DNA of 64,000 nucleotides from Faecousia sp. (GTDB lineage: Bacteria; Bacillota; Clostridia; Oscillospirales; Oscillospiraceae), in contig JAZNZH010000049.1 in assembly GCA_045594845.1 (NCBI GenBank), positions 16,790-80,789 of the forward strand, given 5' to 3'. Positions 8,886 through 16,731 of this stretch are shown piece by piece. Under the pieces are notes generated by a model. The model was not told the origin of the DNA, did no database searches, and worked only from the letters and a program-made list of their open reading frames with translations. The position numbers and the translations under genes were made by a program. Positions within the stretch are counted from its first letter, which is position 1, and each line of letters starts with the position of its first letter.

Positions 8886-9850
8886 TTAAGGCAAAAGCCA
8901 TTGAATTGCTGGAAAACGGCACCGTAGATCGCGTGCTGGGCTGGAAGGCCGGCGAATTCTTCTACGACCTGACTCCCGGCATTTTCAAGAGCCGTGAGGA
9001 GATCGAAAAGGAATTCGTGTACAGCGTGTTCTCCGCTGCCAACCTTTCCAAGTACCTGATCGCAGAGTCCCGCAAGGACGGCAAGATCGCCGTGTTCCTG
9101 AAGCCCTGCGACTCCTACTCCTTCCAGCAGCTTTTAAAAGAGCACCGGATCTGGAGAGACCGGGTTTATGTTGTAGGTATCGCCTGCGACGGTATGTGCT
9201 CTATGGATGAGATCCGGGAAAAGGGCATTAAGGGCGTCACCGCGGTGGAAGCTGAGGGCGATACCCTGAAGCTGACCACCTTGTACGGCGACAAGACCAT
9301 CGCAAAGGCAGACGCTCTGCTGGAGCGCTGCGTCCACTGCAAGAGCAAAAAGGTTGTTGTGTTCGACGAAATGCTGGGCGAGAACGGTGAAGAGGATCCC
9401 GAGTCCGGCCGCTTTGATATGGTGGAAAAGCTGGAAGCTATGACTGCCGAGGAGCGCTTCGCGTTTTGGAGAGGGGAGCTTTCCCGCTGCATCCGCTGCA
9501 ACGCCTGCCGGAATGTCTGTCCCGCTTGCTCTTGCGAAAAGTGTGTGTTCGACAACGATAAGTCCGGCATCGCCCAGAAGGCTGCTGCCAGCGAGTTTGA
9601 AGAAAACAACTTCCATATCATCCGGGCCTTCCACGTGGCTGCCCGCTGCACTGACTGTGGCGAGTGCTCCCGTGTGTGTCCCCAGAACATTCCTCTGCAC
9701 CTGCTGAACCGGAAGTTCATCCGGGACATCAACGAGCTTTACGGCGAGTACCAGGCCGGCAGCGATATGGATACCCGTCCTCCTCTGATGAATTTCACCA
9801 AGGATGACTGCGAACCCTCCATCGTTTACGAAAGGGGTGGCAAGGCATGA
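8873..9850 (+). CDS. flxC: FlxC-like iron-sulfur protein
   Basis: KPCD, CIRCNACRNVCPACSC and FH...RCTDCGECSRVCP motifs; position in the flx-hdr cluster. Confidence 0.8.
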   Translation: MREMIKAKAIELLENGTVDRVLGWKAGEFFYDLTPGIFKSREEIEKEFVYSVFSAANLSKYLIAESRKDGKIAVFLKPCDSYSFQQLLKEHRIWRDRVYVVGIACDGMCSMDEIREKGIKGVTAVEAEGDTLKLTTLYGDKTIAKADALLERCVHCKSKKVVVFDEMLGENGEEDPESGRFDMVEKLEAMTAEERFAFWRGELSRCIRCNACRNVCPACSCEKCVFDNDKSGIAQKAAASEFEENNFHIIRAFHVAARCTDCGECSRVCPQNIPLHLLNRKFIRDINELYGEYQAGSDMDTRPPLMNFTKDDCEPSIVYERGGKA

Positions 9851-10869
9851 AAACTGTAAAGATTACTGATATTTACACCCTGCTGGAAAAGATCAGCGCA
9901 AATCAGAAGCTGTACATTCCCGCCGAGGACGGTAAGGGTCAGGCAAGATTCCTGCCCTACCAGACCGGTATGGAGCTGACTGAGAGGCTGAACACCGTCC
10001 GCAGCGCCAAGGATCTGTTCTTCCCCCAGGTGGAGAATCTGCTGAAGTTTAAGGTGGCCGGCCAGTCCATCGAGATCATCGATGACCGTGACGAAATCGC
10101 ACCCTTCGTGGTGTTCGGCGTCCGGGGCTGTGACTGCCGCAGCTTCGATATTCTGGATCGGGTCTTCATGGACGCAGAGCCCCAGGATACCTTCTACACC
10201 AACCGCCGTCAGCACGGCACCATCATCACCTTAGCTTGTAACGCCCCCGAAGAGACCTGCTTCTGTACCGCTTTCGGTATCAACCCTGCAGAGCCCGCCG
10301 GTGACATTACCGCCTGGAAGACTGCAGACAGCTACTTCTTCCGCGCTAACACTGAAAAGGGCGAGGCACTGCTCAGTAGCCTGGAGCTGGATTGCGCTGA
10401 CGATGCAGCAGTAGAGGAGACCAAGAAGAATATCACCGCCATTGCGGAGAAGCTGCCTTTCGGCAAGCTGGACTTCAAGGGCTTCAACTCCTGCTCCCTG
10501 ATGACGAACTTCCGTGACGAGCATTGGGAAAAGCTGGCAGAGAGCTGCCTGGGCTGCGGCACCTGCACCTTTGTCTGCCCCACTTGCCAGTGCTACGACA
10601 TCAAGGACTTCAACACCGGCGACAAGATCCAGCGCTTCCGCTGCTGGGACAGCTGTATGTACTCTGACTTTACCATGATGGCTCACGGCAACAACCGTAA
10701 CACCCAGGCACAGAGATTCCGTCAGCGCTTTATGCACAAGCTGGTTTACTTCCCCAACAACAACGACGGCATCGTCGGTTGCGTTGGCTGCGGCCGCTGC
10801 CTGCAGAAGTGCCCTGTCCACGCAAACATTGTCAAAGTAGTCAAGACCATTGGAGGTGACCGGGTATGA
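9847..10869 (+). CDS. flxB: FlxB / AsrA-like iron-sulfur protein
   Basis: GVRGCD, CFC, CLGCGTCTFVCPTCQC, WDSC and CVGCGRCLQKCP motifs. Confidence 0.82.
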   Translation: MKTVKITDIYTLLEKISANQKLYIPAEDGKGQARFLPYQTGMELTERLNTVRSAKDLFFPQVENLLKFKVAGQSIEIIDDRDEIAPFVVFGVRGCDCRSFDILDRVFMDAEPQDTFYTNRRQHGTIITLACNAPEETCFCTAFGINPAEPAGDITAWKTADSYFFRANTEKGEALLSSLELDCADDAAVEETKKNITAIAEKLPFGKLDFKGFNSCSLMTNFRDEHWEKLAESCLGCGTCTFVCPTCQCYDIKDFNTGDKIQRFRCWDSCMYSDFTMMAHGNNRNTQAQRFRQRFMHKLVYFPNNNDGIVGCVGCGRCLQKCPVHANIVKVVKTIGGDRV

Positions 10870-11693
10870 TGAGAGATCCTTTGTTTCCCATTCTGGGCGT
10901 GATCACCGATATTCGGTCCGACACTCCCGATGTCAAGACCTTCCGGGTGGTTGACCCGGAGGGCAAGAAGCCCTTTACCCATATCCCCGGACAGTGCGCT
11001 ATGCTGTCCATCCCCGGTGTGGGTGAGGCACTGTTTTCCATTACTTCTTCTCCCACTAACGAAGAATATATGGAGTTTTCCATTAAGAAGTGCGGTTGCG
11101 TGACCCAGTTCCTCCACGCCTGTGAGCCCGGCCAGCAGATCACTCTCCGTGGTCCCTACGGCAACGGCTTCCCTGTGGACACCGACTTTGCCGGTAAGGA
11201 TCTGCTGTTCGTGGCAGGCGGTATCGGTTTGGCACCTCTGCGCTCCGTCATCAACTACGTCCGCCACTACCGCAGCCGCTACGGCTCTGTGGACATTGTC
11301 TACGGCGCAAGAAGCAAGGACGATCTGGTGGATTATCAGGAGATTATCGACGAGTGGTGCAAGGAGGACGGCATCAATGTCCACCTGACCATCGACGCAC
11401 CTCAGGAAGGCTGGGACGGCCATGTGGGTTTTGTTCCCAACTATGTTAAGGAGCTGGCCTTCGACACCAGTAAGACTGTGGTTATGTGCGGACCTCCCAT
11501 TATGATCAAGTTCACTCTTGCCGGTCTGCAGGAGCTGGGCTTTAAGAAGGATCAGGTCTACACCACCTTCGAGCTGAAGATGAAGTGCGCCCTGGGTAAG
11601 TGCGGTCGCTGCAACATTGGCGACAAGTATGTCTGCAAGGACGGCCCCGTGTTCCGTTTGGATCAGATGGATGAGCTGCCCGACGAGTATTAA
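10866..11693 (+). CDS. flxA: FlxA / AsrB-like FAD- and NAD(P)H-binding oxidoreductase with [2Fe-2S]
   Basis: RGPYGNGF, AGGIGLAP, CGPPIM and MKCALGKCGRCNIG...CKDGPVF motifs. Confidence 0.88.
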   Translation: MMRDPLFPILGVITDIRSDTPDVKTFRVVDPEGKKPFTHIPGQCAMLSIPGVGEALFSITSSPTNEEYMEFSIKKCGCVTQFLHACEPGQQITLRGPYGNGFPVDTDFAGKDLLFVAGGIGLAPLRSVINYVRHYRSRYGSVDIVYGARSKDDLVDYQEIIDEWCKEDGINVHLTIDAPQEGWDGHVGFVPNYVKELAFDTSKTVVMCGPPIMIKFTLAGLQELGFKKDQVYTTFELKMKCALGKCGRCNIGDKYVCKDGPVFRLDQMDELPDEY

Positions 11694-11698
11694 GGAGA

Positions 11699-12379
11699 AT
11701 GAATATGGAAAATATGGTAACGATTTTTCTTTTCGGAAAGAAGCACGAGGTTCCGGAAAGCCTGACCATTATGGAGGCTATGGAATACTCCGGCTACAAG
11801 CTGGTCCGGGGCTGCGGCTGCCGTAACGGCTTCTGCGGCGCTTGCGCCACTATCTACCGCATTGCAGGTGACCGGGAACTGAAGGCCGGTCTGGCTTGCT
11901 CCACCAAGGTAGAAGACAATATGTACATCGCAACCCTGCCTTTCTTCCCCCTGATCAAGGAAGGCTACGACATCGAAGAGGTCAAGCCCACTGAGCGCAT
12001 CATGATGGAGCTGTACCCCGAGATCTATGCTTGCGTGGGCTGTAATGCTTGCACCAAGACCTGCCCCCAGAGCCTGAATGTTATGCAGTACATCGCATAC
12101 GCACAGCGTGGCGAGTACGAAAAGTGCGCTGAGGAGTCCTTTGACTGCGTTATGTGCGGTATCTGCTCCTCCCGCTGCCCCGCCGGCATTTCCCATCCCC
12201 AGGTGGCTATGCTGGCTCGCCGCCTGAACGGCAAGTATCTGGCTCCCCACTGCGACCATCTGGCCGACCGTGTGGAGGAGATCCGTCGCGGCGACCTGGA
12301 AGACCTCATCCAGAGCATTATGAATAAGCCCCTGGAAGAGATCAAGGAACTGTACAACAACCGCGAAATCGAGAAGTAA
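11699..12379 (+). CDS. frdB: Fumarate reductase iron-sulfur subunit (FrdB/TfrB-like, no CCG domain)
   Basis: GCRNGFCGAC...C [2Fe-2S] motif plus CVGCNACTKTCP and CVMCGICSSRCP; adjacent to the flavoprotein. Confidence 0.8.
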   Translation: MNMENMVTIFLFGKKHEVPESLTIMEAMEYSGYKLVRGCGCRNGFCGACATIYRIAGDRELKAGLACSTKVEDNMYIATLPFFPLIKEGYDIEEVKPTERIMMELYPEIYACVGCNACTKTCPQSLNVMQYIAYAQRGEYEKCAEESFDCVMCGICSSRCPAGISHPQVAMLARRLNGKYLAPHCDHLADRVEEIRRGDLEDLIQSIMNKPLEEIKELYNNREIEK

Positions 12380-12391
12380 GGAGGGGACACT

Positions 12392-13996
12392 ATGTATCAG
12401 GATAAGAACATTGTTGAGTCTATGCGCCTGGTGGAAGCAGCCCGCGCTGAGAACGTGAAGCTGGATCCCCGCCGTATGACTGCCGAGGAGAAGGAAACTC
12501 TCCTGGCAACCTATCACCCCGACTACCGTCAGGACCAGTTCGCTGTTCTGAAGATGGGCCCCAACGCAGGCGAGAAAGTGCCTGTGGAGCTGGCAGGTCT
12601 GCTGCAGGGCAAGTCCCGGCTGGAGAGCCGCAATGTGCCCGATCTTACTAAGCCTGACTATGATGTGGATGTGCTGATCATCGGCGCAGGCGGTGCAGGT
12701 ACTTCTGCTGCCATCGAGGCCCATGAGGCCGGCGCAAAGGTCATGATTGCCACCAAGCTCCGTATGGGCGATGCCAACACTATGATGGCAGAGGGCGGCA
12801 TTCAGGCTGCCGACAAGCCCAACGACTCTCCTGCGCAGCACTTCCTGGATGCTTTCGGCGGCGGCCACTTTGCTGCCCAGAAGGACCTGCTGTATAAGCT
12901 GGTTACCGAGGCTCCCGAGGCCATTCTGTGGCTTAACGAGCTGGGCGTGGAGTTCGACAAGGCTCCCGACGGCACTATGATCACCACCCACGGCGGCGGC
13001 ACTTCCCGCAAGCGTATGCACGCTGCTAAGGACTACTCCGGCGCTGAGATTATGCGCACCTTGCGTGACGAGGTGCTCAACCGCAAGATTCCCGTAGTGG
13101 ACTATACCGCTGCTGTGGAACTCATTAAGGACGACAAGGGCTGCTGTGCCGGTGCCGTGCTGATGAATATGGAAAACGGCGAGCTGTATGTAGCTAAGGC
13201 AAAGACCGTCATTATCGCCACCGGCGGTGCAGGCCGTCTGCATTACCAGGGCTTCCCCACCTCCAACCACTACGGCGCTACCGCTGACGGCCTGGTGCTG
13301 GCATACCGCGCAGGCGCCCGTCTGCTGTACCCCGACACTCTGCAGTATCACCCCACCGGCGCTGCATTCCCCGCACAGATCTTCGGTGCACTGGTTACCG
13401 AGAAGGTCCGTTCTCTGGGCGCAATGCTGATCAACGCCAAGGGTGAAGCTTTCATGAACCCCCTGGAGACCCGTGACGTTTCCGCAGCTTCCATCATCCG
13501 TGAGTGCTCCGACCGTGGCAACGGCGTGAAGACTCCTCAGGGTGATGCTGTGTGGCTGGATACCCCCATGATCGAGCTGAAGGGCGGCGAAGGCACCATC
13601 GAAAAGCGCATTCCCGCTATGATGCGTATGTTCGGCAAGTACGGCATCGATATTCGCAAGGAGCCCATCCTGATCTACCCCACTCTGCACTACCAGAACG
13701 GCGGTATTAAGATCACCGATGACGGCATGAGCGATATCGAGAACCTGTTTGTTGCCGGTGAGGCCGTTGGCGGCATTCACGGCAGAAACCGTCTGATGGG
13801 CAACAGCCTGCTGGACATCATCGTCTTCGGCCGTAACGCCGGTAAGAGCGCTGCTGCCAAGGCAAAGAACGTTACCGTTGGCACTCTGAATGTGGACCAT
13901 GTTGCCGCTTTCAGCAAGGAACTGGCTGCTGCCGGTATCGACAATCCTCAGGAATCTCCTCTGCTGCTGCCTAACTACGCTCGCATCAAGGAATAA
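12392..13996 (+). CDS. frdA: Soluble fumarate reductase flavoprotein (FrdA/TfrA-like)
   Basis: IIGAGGAG, ATGG, QYHPT, ETRD, LHYQNGG and HGRNRLMGNSL catalytic motifs. Confidence 0.88.
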   Translation: MYQDKNIVESMRLVEAARAENVKLDPRRMTAEEKETLLATYHPDYRQDQFAVLKMGPNAGEKVPVELAGLLQGKSRLESRNVPDLTKPDYDVDVLIIGAGGAGTSAAIEAHEAGAKVMIATKLRMGDANTMMAEGGIQAADKPNDSPAQHFLDAFGGGHFAAQKDLLYKLVTEAPEAILWLNELGVEFDKAPDGTMITTHGGGTSRKRMHAAKDYSGAEIMRTLRDEVLNRKIPVVDYTAAVELIKDDKGCCAGAVLMNMENGELYVAKAKTVIIATGGAGRLHYQGFPTSNHYGATADGLVLAYRAGARLLYPDTLQYHPTGAAFPAQIFGALVTEKVRSLGAMLINAKGEAFMNPLETRDVSAASIIRECSDRGNGVKTPQGDAVWLDTPMIELKGGEGTIEKRIPAMMRMFGKYGIDIRKEPILIYPTLHYQNGGIKITDDGMSDIENLFVAGEAVGGIHGRNRLMGNSLLDIIVFGRNAGKSAAAKAKNVTVGTLNVDHVAAFSKELAAAGIDNPQESPLLLPNYARIKE

Positions 13997-14014
13997 TCGG
14001 AGGCGCACATAAAA

Positions 14015-15304
14015 ATGTTTTTGGAGAAAATACTTAGCATCGGCCAGACTCCGGCGGTGTTCATCAGTGTTTTTGTGATTTGTTTTGTTGGCTATGCTAT
14101 CGGTTCAGTGAAGGTCAAAGGCCTGAACCTGGGTACCGCAGGCGTGTTCCTGTTTGCGCTGCTGTTCGGCTACCTGTGCACTCTGCCTGGCCTGCAGAAT
14201 GTTCCCGTTCTGCGTAACTTCTATCTGGGCAGCTCTGCTGATGAGGCAGTGGTCAAGGCTGTCAGCGGCAAGCTGGCGAACTTTAAGTTCATTTCCAATA
14301 TTGGCTTGGTGCTGTTTGTGACTTCCGTCGGCCTGATTGCCGGCCCTAAGTTCTTCCGGAACCTGAAGATCAATGCAAAGTCCTACGTTCCTATGGGTGC
14401 GCTGATCATTGTGATGGGCGCAGCGGTAACGGTGGCATTTGCTATGATCCCCGGTATCGGTTCTGCTTATGCCACCGGCATTCTGTCCGGTGCGCTGACC
14501 TCCACTCCCGCATTCTCCGCAGCGCAGGGCGCGGTGGAAGCAATCGACGCCAGCAAGCTGGGCCTGGTTTCTTTGGGTCACGCAGTGGCTTATCCCTTCG
14601 GCGTCATTGGCGTGGTGCTGTTTGTGCAGATCATGCCCCGGATCATGAAGGCGGATATTGCCTATGAGCGTACCCTGATCGGTGTGCCTGCCAAGGAAGA
14701 GACCGCTGAGAAGAAGGAAAGAAAGCTGCTGGAGCTGGACGAGTTTGGCTTTGCAGCCTTCGGCCTGACTGTTGTACTGGGCGTTCTGCTGGGTTCTGTC
14801 AAGATTCCCCTGGGTGGCAAGGCTTCCTTCTCTCTGGGTATGACCGGCGGTCCTCTGCTGATGGGCTTGATTCTGGCGCATTTCGGCCGGATCGGCAAGA
14901 TCAGCCTGAAGGTGGATGAGAACACCCTTAAGAGCTTCCGGGAGTTTGGCCTGATGCTGTTCCTGGTAGGCGCTGGCGTAGACGGCGGCGTGGAGCTGGT
15001 GGCACAGATCGCTAATTCCAGCTACGGCGTGATGATCGTGGTTTACGGTTTTGCTGCCGGCATCGTGATGACCATGATTCCTATGGTAGTAGGTTTCCTG
15101 TTTGCAAAGAAGATTTGCAAGCTGCCTCTGCTGAACAACCTGGGCTCTATCACCGGCGGTATGACTTCCACCCCGGCGCTGGGTACTCTGATCGGTGTTG
15201 CCGGTACAGACGATGTGGCTGCAGCTTATGCTTCCACTTATCCCATCGCCTTGGTGCTGGTGGTACTGGCATCCCAGCTGATCAACACCTTTATTGCTGT
15301 ATAA
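14015..15304 (+). CDS. AspT/YidE/YbjL-family transporter, candidate succinate exporter
   Basis: Duplicated domains: LGTAGVF...IGLVLFV..VG..AGP..GALTSTPA...YPFG and LGMTGGPL...GGMTSTPAL...YASTYP. Confidence 0.85.
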   Translation: MFLEKILSIGQTPAVFISVFVICFVGYAIGSVKVKGLNLGTAGVFLFALLFGYLCTLPGLQNVPVLRNFYLGSSADEAVVKAVSGKLANFKFISNIGLVLFVTSVGLIAGPKFFRNLKINAKSYVPMGALIIVMGAAVTVAFAMIPGIGSAYATGILSGALTSTPAFSAAQGAVEAIDASKLGLVSLGHAVAYPFGVIGVVLFVQIMPRIMKADIAYERTLIGVPAKEETAEKKERKLLELDEFGFAAFGLTVVLGVLLGSVKIPLGGKASFSLGMTGGPLLMGLILAHFGRIGKISLKVDENTLKSFREFGLMLFLVGAGVDGGVELVAQIANSSYGVMIVVYGFAAGIVMTMIPMVVGFLFAKKICKLPLLNNLGSITGGMTSTPALGTLIGVAGTDDVAAAYASTYPIALVLVVLASQLINTFIAV

Positions 15305-15340
15305 AAAAGACCCCGAAGGCAAATGCCTTCGGGGCTTTTT
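15303..15340. terminator. Bidirectional Rho-independent terminator
   Basis: A run, CCCCGAAGGC-aaat-GCCTTCGGGG, then T run, between convergent genes. Confidence 0.88.
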
Positions 15341-15347
15341 GTATGTA

Positions 15348-16148
15348 TTATGCGTTGTCCAGGGGAAGCTCGTGGAGGAAGACCTTGCGGCAGCGGTTGC
15401 AGCGGTAGCAGGTGCTTTGCAGACGCTTACGCAGACGGCTGCGGCGGACAATGTTCCGGGAGAGCAGATCGCCAAGGAAACCGCCTAAGACCACCGCGCC
15501 AAACAGAACCCAGCCCAGATAGTTGAAGGAATCGTAGGGCAGGGCAAAGGTGCAGATGATCAGGGCCAGAAAGAAGAAAACAACGGCAAAGCCGGGGATC
15601 AGCAGCATAGTGGCGATCTCGGAGCCATGGCGCTTGGTGCGGCTGGGCATGTGCTTATAGTCCGCGCTGCCGCAGCTGGGACAGGCAGGCTCAGAGACAT
15701 TGAGACTTACCGCTACTTTGGGACGGGCGGTCAGCTCCACAGGGGCATCGGGAGCGTCCAGAATACCCCGGATCCGGCGGATCAGAGTTTCCAGTGCTTC
15801 AGCCTTCTTCTGGTAGGCGGAATAGCGCTGCGCACCGGTGAGCAGGAAGTTGAACTCGTCGTTCAGGTCGCAATCCTCCAGCATAAAGGGCAGGATCACC
15901 TTGCCGGCATTGACGGCGGAATCCAGCTCTTTCAGCACCCAGTGAGAATTTTGGGCGTTGTGAGAAAGAATAAGTACGAAAACAGAGCAGCCGCGAATGG
16001 CATTGGGGATCTCCTTGGTGTAGTTGGAGCCGCCGGGAATGTCCCGGGGAGCCATCCAGCAGGAAAGACCATTGGTTTCCAGCACATCCCGCACGGTTTC
16101 CGCTGCCGCGGAGTCCACGGTGCTGTAGCTGATAAAGACTTCTTTCAT
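15348..16148 (-). CDS. TIR-domain protein with two C-terminal TM helices flanked by CxxC knuckles
   Basis: VFISYS...CWMAPRDIPGG...SHWVLKELDSA TIR motifs; CPSC, two hydrophobic segments, CNRC; GAGG SD before the ATG at 16148. Confidence 0.88.
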   Translation of the reverse strand: MKEVFISYSTVDSAAAETVRDVLETNGLSCWMAPRDIPGGSNYTKEIPNAIRGCSVFVLILSHNAQNSHWVLKELDSAVNAGKVILPFMLEDCDLNDEFNFLLTGAQRYSAYQKKAEALETLIRRIRGILDAPDAPVELTARPKVAVSLNVSEPACPSCGSADYKHMPSRTKRHGSEIATMLLIPGFAVVFFFLALIICTFALPYDSFNYLGWVLFGAVVLGGFLGDLLSRNIVRRSRLRKRLQSTCYRCNRCRKVFLHELPLDNA

Positions 16149-16159
16149 AATGATTTCCT

Positions 16160-16217
16160 CACTTATTGGGATATTTCTTATCCCAATAAGTGTATCATAC
16201 AGAAAAATGTCTGTCAA
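16160..16217 (-). promoter_or_regulatory. TIR gene promoter with overlapping 14-bp inverted repeat
   Basis: Minus strand TTGACA-17 bp-TACACT (extended TG); IR CACTTATTGGGATA-N5-TATCCCAATAAGTG at 16160-16192. Confidence 0.72.
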
Positions 16218-16252
16218 ACGATTATAAAGGGAAAAACAGCCGAAAATATGTA

Positions 16253-16274
16253 CTGCGGAGCGATTGCTCCGCAG
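16253..16274 (-). terminator. Hairpin after the SASP gene (possible terminator, weak U tail)
   Basis: CTGCGGAGC-gatt-GCTCCGCAG. Confidence 0.5.
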
Positions 16275-16281
16275 CAAAGGA

Positions 16282-16476
16282 TTACTGCATACCCTGCTCG
16301 TAAGCCTCGATCATCTTTTTGACCATCTGGCCGCCGACGGAGCCTGCTTCACGGGAGGTCAGGTGACCGTTGTAACCATTGGTCAGGTTCACGCCAACTT
16401 CCTGAGCAGCCTGCATCTTGAACTTGTCCATAGCTTCGCGAGCCTGGGGCACATTGATCTGGTTGTTGTTCTTCAT
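16282..16476 (-). CDS. Alpha/beta-type small acid-soluble spore protein
   Basis: VPQAREAMDKFKMQAAQEVGV...LTSREAGSVGGQMVKKMI; strong AAAGGAG SD. Confidence 0.95.
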   Translation of the reverse strand: MKNNNQINVPQAREAMDKFKMQAAQEVGVNLTNGYNGHLTSREAGSVGGQMVKKMIEAYEQGMQ

Positions 16477-16654
16477 AGTAATCTCTCTCCTTTCGCTTTC
16501 TCGGAAAGGGAGCACTTTCCGAAGAAAGCACTTTTCTTTCCGCAAGGGTATTTTAACCGCCACAAGGAGAAAAACACTTGTTTCTTTTCGGCAAAAGACG
16601 CAAAAACTGGAAACGAAACCAGAGAAAGCCCGCAGTGGAACAATGCCGTTTTGC

Positions 16655-16683
16655 TTGCTTTTCATCCGTCGGTAGGCTATAAT
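16655..16683 (+). promoter_or_regulatory. SigA-type promoter for yitT
   Basis: TTGCTT-17 bp-TATAAT. Confidence 0.65.
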
Positions 16684-16731
16684 GAAAAAAACAGTTTTTA
16701 AGAAACGATTCTGCAGCGTACTTGGAGGAAA

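Noticed and set aside
9847-11693. Anaerobic sulfite reductase asrAB or a sulfhydrogenase
   Set aside because: No asrC or hydrogenase large subunit; the hdrA-mvhD context indicates Flx subunits.
12392-13996. L-aspartate oxidase NadB
   Set aside because: No nadA/nadC; it is paired with an Fe-S subunit and lies in an operon with fumarase.
4073-15475. Very long antisense ORFs (4073-5635, 6349-8424, 11690-14008, 14105-15475, and similar ones opposite pgk, gdpP and dnaB)
   Set aside because: They mirror well-supported sense genes and show no recognisable motifs; this is expected from strong codon bias leaving few stops on the opposite strand.
3578-16274. Two hairpins sharing CTGCGGAG...GCTCCGCAG (3578-3604 and 16253-16274) as a REP-like repeat family
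   Set aside because: Only two short copies with different loops, both in terminator positions; insufficient evidence.
15348-16476. TIR gene as part of a mobile defence island or Thoeris operon
   Set aside because: No integrase, transposase, direct repeats or partner effector; the neighbours are metabolic and sporulation genes.
16589-16635. GGCAAA...GACGCAAA resembling a c-di-GMP-I riboswitch
   Set aside because: The P2 stem-loop required between the two motifs is absent, and the segment lies upstream of the predicted yitT promoter.
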